Made by a program: the position numbers and the translations under genes
DNA from: Nesterenkonia sp.
GTDB lineage: Bacteria > Actinomycetota > Actinomycetes > Actinomycetales > Micrococcaceae
Assembly (NCBI GenBank): GCA_052089225.1
Contig: JBQCZP010000001.1
Location: 125,478-189,477 of the forward strand
Direction of reading: 5' to 3'
DNA: 64,000 nt
Shown here: positions 61,116-64,000 of the stretch, piece after piece
How the letters are laid out: each line of letters opens with the position of its first letter
Position numbering within the stretch: position 1 is the first letter of the stretch
Notes under the pieces: generated by a model
What the model saw: the letters and a program-made list of their open reading frames with translations, nothing else
Database searches by the model: none
What the model was told of the DNA's origin: nothing

Positions 61116-61520
61116 TCAGAGCAGCACCCGGACTGAGTCGCCGTCCAGCTCCGCATCAAACTGGGTCAGGGGCTGCTCAGCCGGGCCGGACTGCCACTGA
61201 CCGGTCAGTTCGAACCGGGACCCGTGACAGGGACACTCGAAGTGCTCCTGTTCGATGCCCACCGTGCAGCCCTGATGGGGGCACACCGCTGAGAAGGCCA
61301 ACACGTCCTCTTCGGCGGGACGGTGCAGCAGCAGCTGCTGATCCTGGTGAGCGACGCCCCTGGACTCCCCCACCGCCAGTGGCCGGTCCAAGGCGATGCT
61401 GACCCAGCGGCGAGACTGCTCCTGCTGGTCAGCCTCGCCGCTGCAGGCGGTCAGCGCCAGCACCGAGGCGCCGGCCGTGCTGCCGCCGAGGAATGCTCGG
61501 CGGCTGCAGCAGATTCTCAT
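61116..61520 (-). CDS. Rieske [2Fe-2S] protein with Tat signal and lipobox
   Basis: SRRAFL twin-arginine motif, LTAC lipobox, CPHQGC and CPCHGSRF; ATG 61520 overlaps the fadB stop (ATGA). Confidence 0.85.
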   Translation of the reverse strand: MRICCSRRAFLGGSTAGASVLALTACSGEADQQEQSRRWVSIALDRPLAVGESRGVAHQDQQLLLHRPAEEDVLAFSAVCPHQGCTVGIEQEHFECPCHGSRFELTGQWQSGPAEQPLTQFDAELDGDSVRVLL

Positions 61521-63637
61521 GGATGGAACAGCCTCCCGTTGACCTTCTGGCTGACCCCGATCTGGTCCAGGTACGAGCTGATGCCGCCGCGGTGGAAGGG
61601 CCAGCCGGTCCCCAGGATCAGGCACAGGTCGATGTCCTTCACCGAAGCGACCACCTCCTCGTCGAGCATGAGGCCGATCTCCTCAGCCAGTGCCTCGGTC
61701 ACCGTGGTGAAGACCTCATCGCTGGACTGCGGGGAGTCCCCGAACTCCATCAGCTGCTCGGTGGACTCGCTGATGTACTTGGCGCCGCTGTCATCGGTGC
61801 TCCAGATTGCGGTGACCCCGGAGTCGACGAGGGCCTGCAGGTTCTTCGAGACGTAGAACCGCTCCCCGAAGCTGGACCGCAGGGATTCGGTGACGTGCTG
61901 GGCCACCGGTATGCCGACCATGGCCAACAGGTCGAAGGGTGACATGGGCAGCCCCAGCGGCTTCAGCGCCTGGTCCGCCACTGCGGCATCGGTGCCGTCG
62001 TCGAAGGCCTTCTGGACCTCTGCCATCATACGCAGCAGCACCCGGTTGACGACGAACGCCGTGGAGTCCTTGGTGAGCACCGGGGTCTTGCGCAGCTTGG
62101 CCGCCAGGTCAAAGGCTGTGGCGATGGGCGTGTCTGCAGTCTGTGGGGTGCGGGCGATCTCCACCAGCGGCATCACGGCCACGGGGTTGAAGAAGTGGAA
62201 GCCGATCACCCGCTCCGGGTGCTTCAGATCGGCTGCCATCTCAGTGACCGACAGCGATGAGGTGTTGGTGGCCAGAATCGCCTCCGGGGAGATGACCTGC
62301 TCCAGCTCGGCGAAGACCTGCTTCTTGACGCTGATCTCTTCGAAGACCGCCTCGATCACGAAGTCGGCCTCAGCGTAGACCGACTTGTCGGTGGAGCCGG
62401 AGATCAGGCTGGTCAGCCTCCGGCCCTGCTCCTGCGAGATCCGACCCTTGTCCACCTGTTTGCTGACCTGCTGCTCCACGTAGGCCAGCCCCTTGTCCAC
62501 ACGCTGCTGGTCCACATCGGTGAGCGCCACCGGCACCTGCAGGTGCTGGGCGAAGACCAGGGCCAGCTGGGAGGCCATCAGGCCAGCACCGACGACGCCG
62601 ACCTGACCGATGGGCTTCGGCGCAGCCTCGGGCACACCGGCAGGCTTCTTGGCCCGCTTCTGCACCAGCTCCATGAACGCGTAGACCGTATTGTGAAACT
62701 CAGCGGAGACCAGCAGCTCGCCCAGGGCTTGGACCTCGTCGGCCCGACTCTCCGCACGGCTGCGTTGGGGCACCTGCTTGAAGATCTGCAGGGCCCACAG
62801 CGGTCCGGGCGCAGTGTCGCCGGTCTTGGACGCCACCAGCTGCTCAGCAGAGGCCACAGCGCGTTCCCAGGCAGCGGTGCTGGTGTCGGCGGATCGGCGG
62901 GCGGTGACCGCTTCGACGGTTTCAGCATCGCCTGAGAGGACGCGGGCGGCGAAGTTCAGAGAGTCCTGCTCGAAGCTCTCGGCCTCCAGCAGAGCATCGG
63001 CGATTCCGAGCTCGTGGGCCTGCGGCCCCTTCAGCGACTTGTTGTTGTTCATGGCGTTGTCGAAGATGACCGTGCCGGCCGCCTCGGGGCCGATGATCTG
63101 CGGCAGCCGGTAGATGCCGCCCCAGCCGGGCACCAGGCCCAGGAACGCCTCCGGCAGGCCGATGGCCGCAGCGTCGGTGGAGATGGTGCGGTAGGTGGCC
63201 GGCAGCGCGATCTCCAGACCCCCGCCCAGTGCTGTGCCGTTGATGAAGGCGAAGGTCGCAGCCGGGAAATCCTCGACCAGGTTGTAGGCCTGGTGGCCCA
63301 GTTCAGCCAGCCCGATGCCGTGGGCGGTCTCCTTCAGCTGTTGGGCGCCCACAATGTCTGCTCCGGCCACCAGGACTCCGGGCTTGCCGATGATGCCCAG
63401 TGCGACGATCTCACCTGACTCGGCCCGGGGGTACTGGGAGGCCACAGCCTCGCCGAACTCGATCAGTGAGGCAGGACCCAGGGTGCTGGGGCGCTTCTCA
63501 GAGTCGTTGTCCAGTCGGATGAGTGCCAGCGTCCCCGCACCTGCGGGCAGCTCGACATCTTCGACCCGGCTGTGGGTCACGACCTCGGTGTCGAACTCCC
63601 GGCGCAGGTGGGCGTAGGCGGAAAAGTCGTGGGACAT
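61517..63637 (-). CDS. fadB: Enoyl-CoA hydratase / 3-hydroxyacyl-CoA dehydrogenase fusion (FadB-type)
   Basis: AFINGTALGGGLE and GLPEAFLGLVPGWGG (crotonase), GVVGAGLM, IEAVFEE, ATNTSSL and HFFNP; ATG 63637 after AGGAGG. Confidence 0.92.
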   Translation of the reverse strand: MSHDFSAYAHLRREFDTEVVTHSRVEDVELPAGAGTLALIRLDNDSEKRPSTLGPASLIEFGEAVASQYPRAESGEIVALGIIGKPGVLVAGADIVGAQQLKETAHGIGLAELGHQAYNLVEDFPAATFAFINGTALGGGLEIALPATYRTISTDAAAIGLPEAFLGLVPGWGGIYRLPQIIGPEAAGTVIFDNAMNNNKSLKGPQAHELGIADALLEAESFEQDSLNFAARVLSGDAETVEAVTARRSADTSTAAWERAVASAEQLVASKTGDTAPGPLWALQIFKQVPQRSRAESRADEVQALGELLVSAEFHNTVYAFMELVQKRAKKPAGVPEAAPKPIGQVGVVGAGLMASQLALVFAQHLQVPVALTDVDQQRVDKGLAYVEQQVSKQVDKGRISQEQGRRLTSLISGSTDKSVYAEADFVIEAVFEEISVKKQVFAELEQVISPEAILATNTSSLSVTEMAADLKHPERVIGFHFFNPVAVMPLVEIARTPQTADTPIATAFDLAAKLRKTPVLTKDSTAFVVNRVLLRMMAEVQKAFDDGTDAAVADQALKPLGLPMSPFDLLAMVGIPVAQHVTESLRSSFGERFYVSKNLQALVDSGVTAIWSTDDSGAKYISESTEQLMEFGDSPQSSDEVFTTVTEALAEEIGLMLDEEVVASVKDIDLCLILGTGWPFHRGGISSYLDQIGVSQKVNGRLFHP

Positions 63638-63686
63638 GGGCAATTGCCTCCTGAGTTGAGCGAATAGCAGTGTTCCGCCACACATC

Positions 63687-63700
63687 TTACCGGTGGGTAA
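63687..63700. promoter_or_regulatory. Operator candidate overlapping the fadB -10
   Basis: TTACC-N4-GGTAA inverted repeat overlapping TAAGAT (63684-63689, minus strand). Confidence 0.5.
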
Positions 63701-63742
63701 TACAAGACGCGCAATACTGGGGGCCAGAACCTGAGGAAACGG

Positions 63743-63784
63743 CTGAGCGCCCGCCCGACCTGCTGGGGTCGGACGGGCGCTCAG
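63743..63784 (-). terminator. Terminator hairpin after acnA
   Basis: CTGAGCGCCCGCCCGACC / GGTCGGACGGGCGCTCAG (18-bp stem; the single mismatch pairs as G-U on the minus-strand RNA). Confidence 0.7.
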
Positions 63785-63806
63785 GAGCTGCTGCGAGGCG
63801 AAGCCC

Positions 63807-64000
63807 CTATTTCACCAGCTGGCGAAGGACATACTGCAGGATGCCTCCGTGGCGGTAGTAGTTGGCCTCCCCCGGGGTGTCGATGCGCACATCAGCGTCG
63901 AACTCGGTGGTGGAGCCGTCCTCAGCAGTGGCTGTGACCTTCAGCGTCTTGGGGATCTCGCCGTCGTTGAGGGCAGTGATTCCTGAGATGCTGTACGTCT
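63807..64000 (-). CDS. acnA: Aconitate hydratase A, 3' end only
   Basis: Manual translation ...[32 protein letters not shown]-stop. Confidence 0.93.
   Translation of the reverse strand, partial: TYSISGITALNDGEIPKTLKVTATAEDGSTTEFDADVRIDTPGEANYYRHGGILQYVLRQLVK

Noticed and set aside
62493-62501. Perfect TTGTCCACA in fadB
   Set aside because: Lies in coding sequence (Val-Asp-Lys on the minus strand); a chance match.
63670-63858. 62-aa plus-strand ORF between fadB and acnA
   Set aside because: It overlaps the fadB promoter, the acnA terminator and the acnA 3' end; no RBS or motif.
1-64000. CRISPR array, prophage, IS, integron or defence island
   Set aside because: No regularly spaced repeats, and no cas, integrase, transposase or phage structural motifs were seen.

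Overview
GC-rich actinobacterial core-chromosome segment. Gene content and acidic proteins suggest a Micrococcaceae member, possibly a halotolerant one such as Nesterenkonia (inference). It holds about 57 mostly housekeeping CDSs: parE, sigA, pepA-lpdA-sucB, lipB-lipA, rpsD-alaS-ruvX, relA, secDF-yajC, ruvCAB, thrS, mshA, ettA, gap, msrA-cysK-cysE, gnd, ppk2, zapE, sseA-sufE, msrB, rnd, dxs, fadB and the 3' end of acnA. It also holds tRNA-Arg(UCU), RNase P RNA and one decayed Phd-PIN toxin-antitoxin pair. I saw no prophage, IS, CRISPR array or clear new multi-gene system. The most interesting signals are regulatory. (1) Exact SigH/SigR-type promoters (GGAAY-N18-GTT) precede sigA, a PAC2 gene, an N-terminally extended truncated haemoglobin and msrA-cysK-cysE. 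(2) A DnaA-box-like motif recurs upstream of four poorly characterised genes (DUF4192, Ser/Thr kinase, AbiEi-like, second ssb), a candidate undescribed regulon. (3) Eight starts look leaderless. There are also local gene losses, truncations and rearrangements. Many starts are re-called relative to the ORF track. Family names come from motif recognition and recalled synteny, not from database searches.
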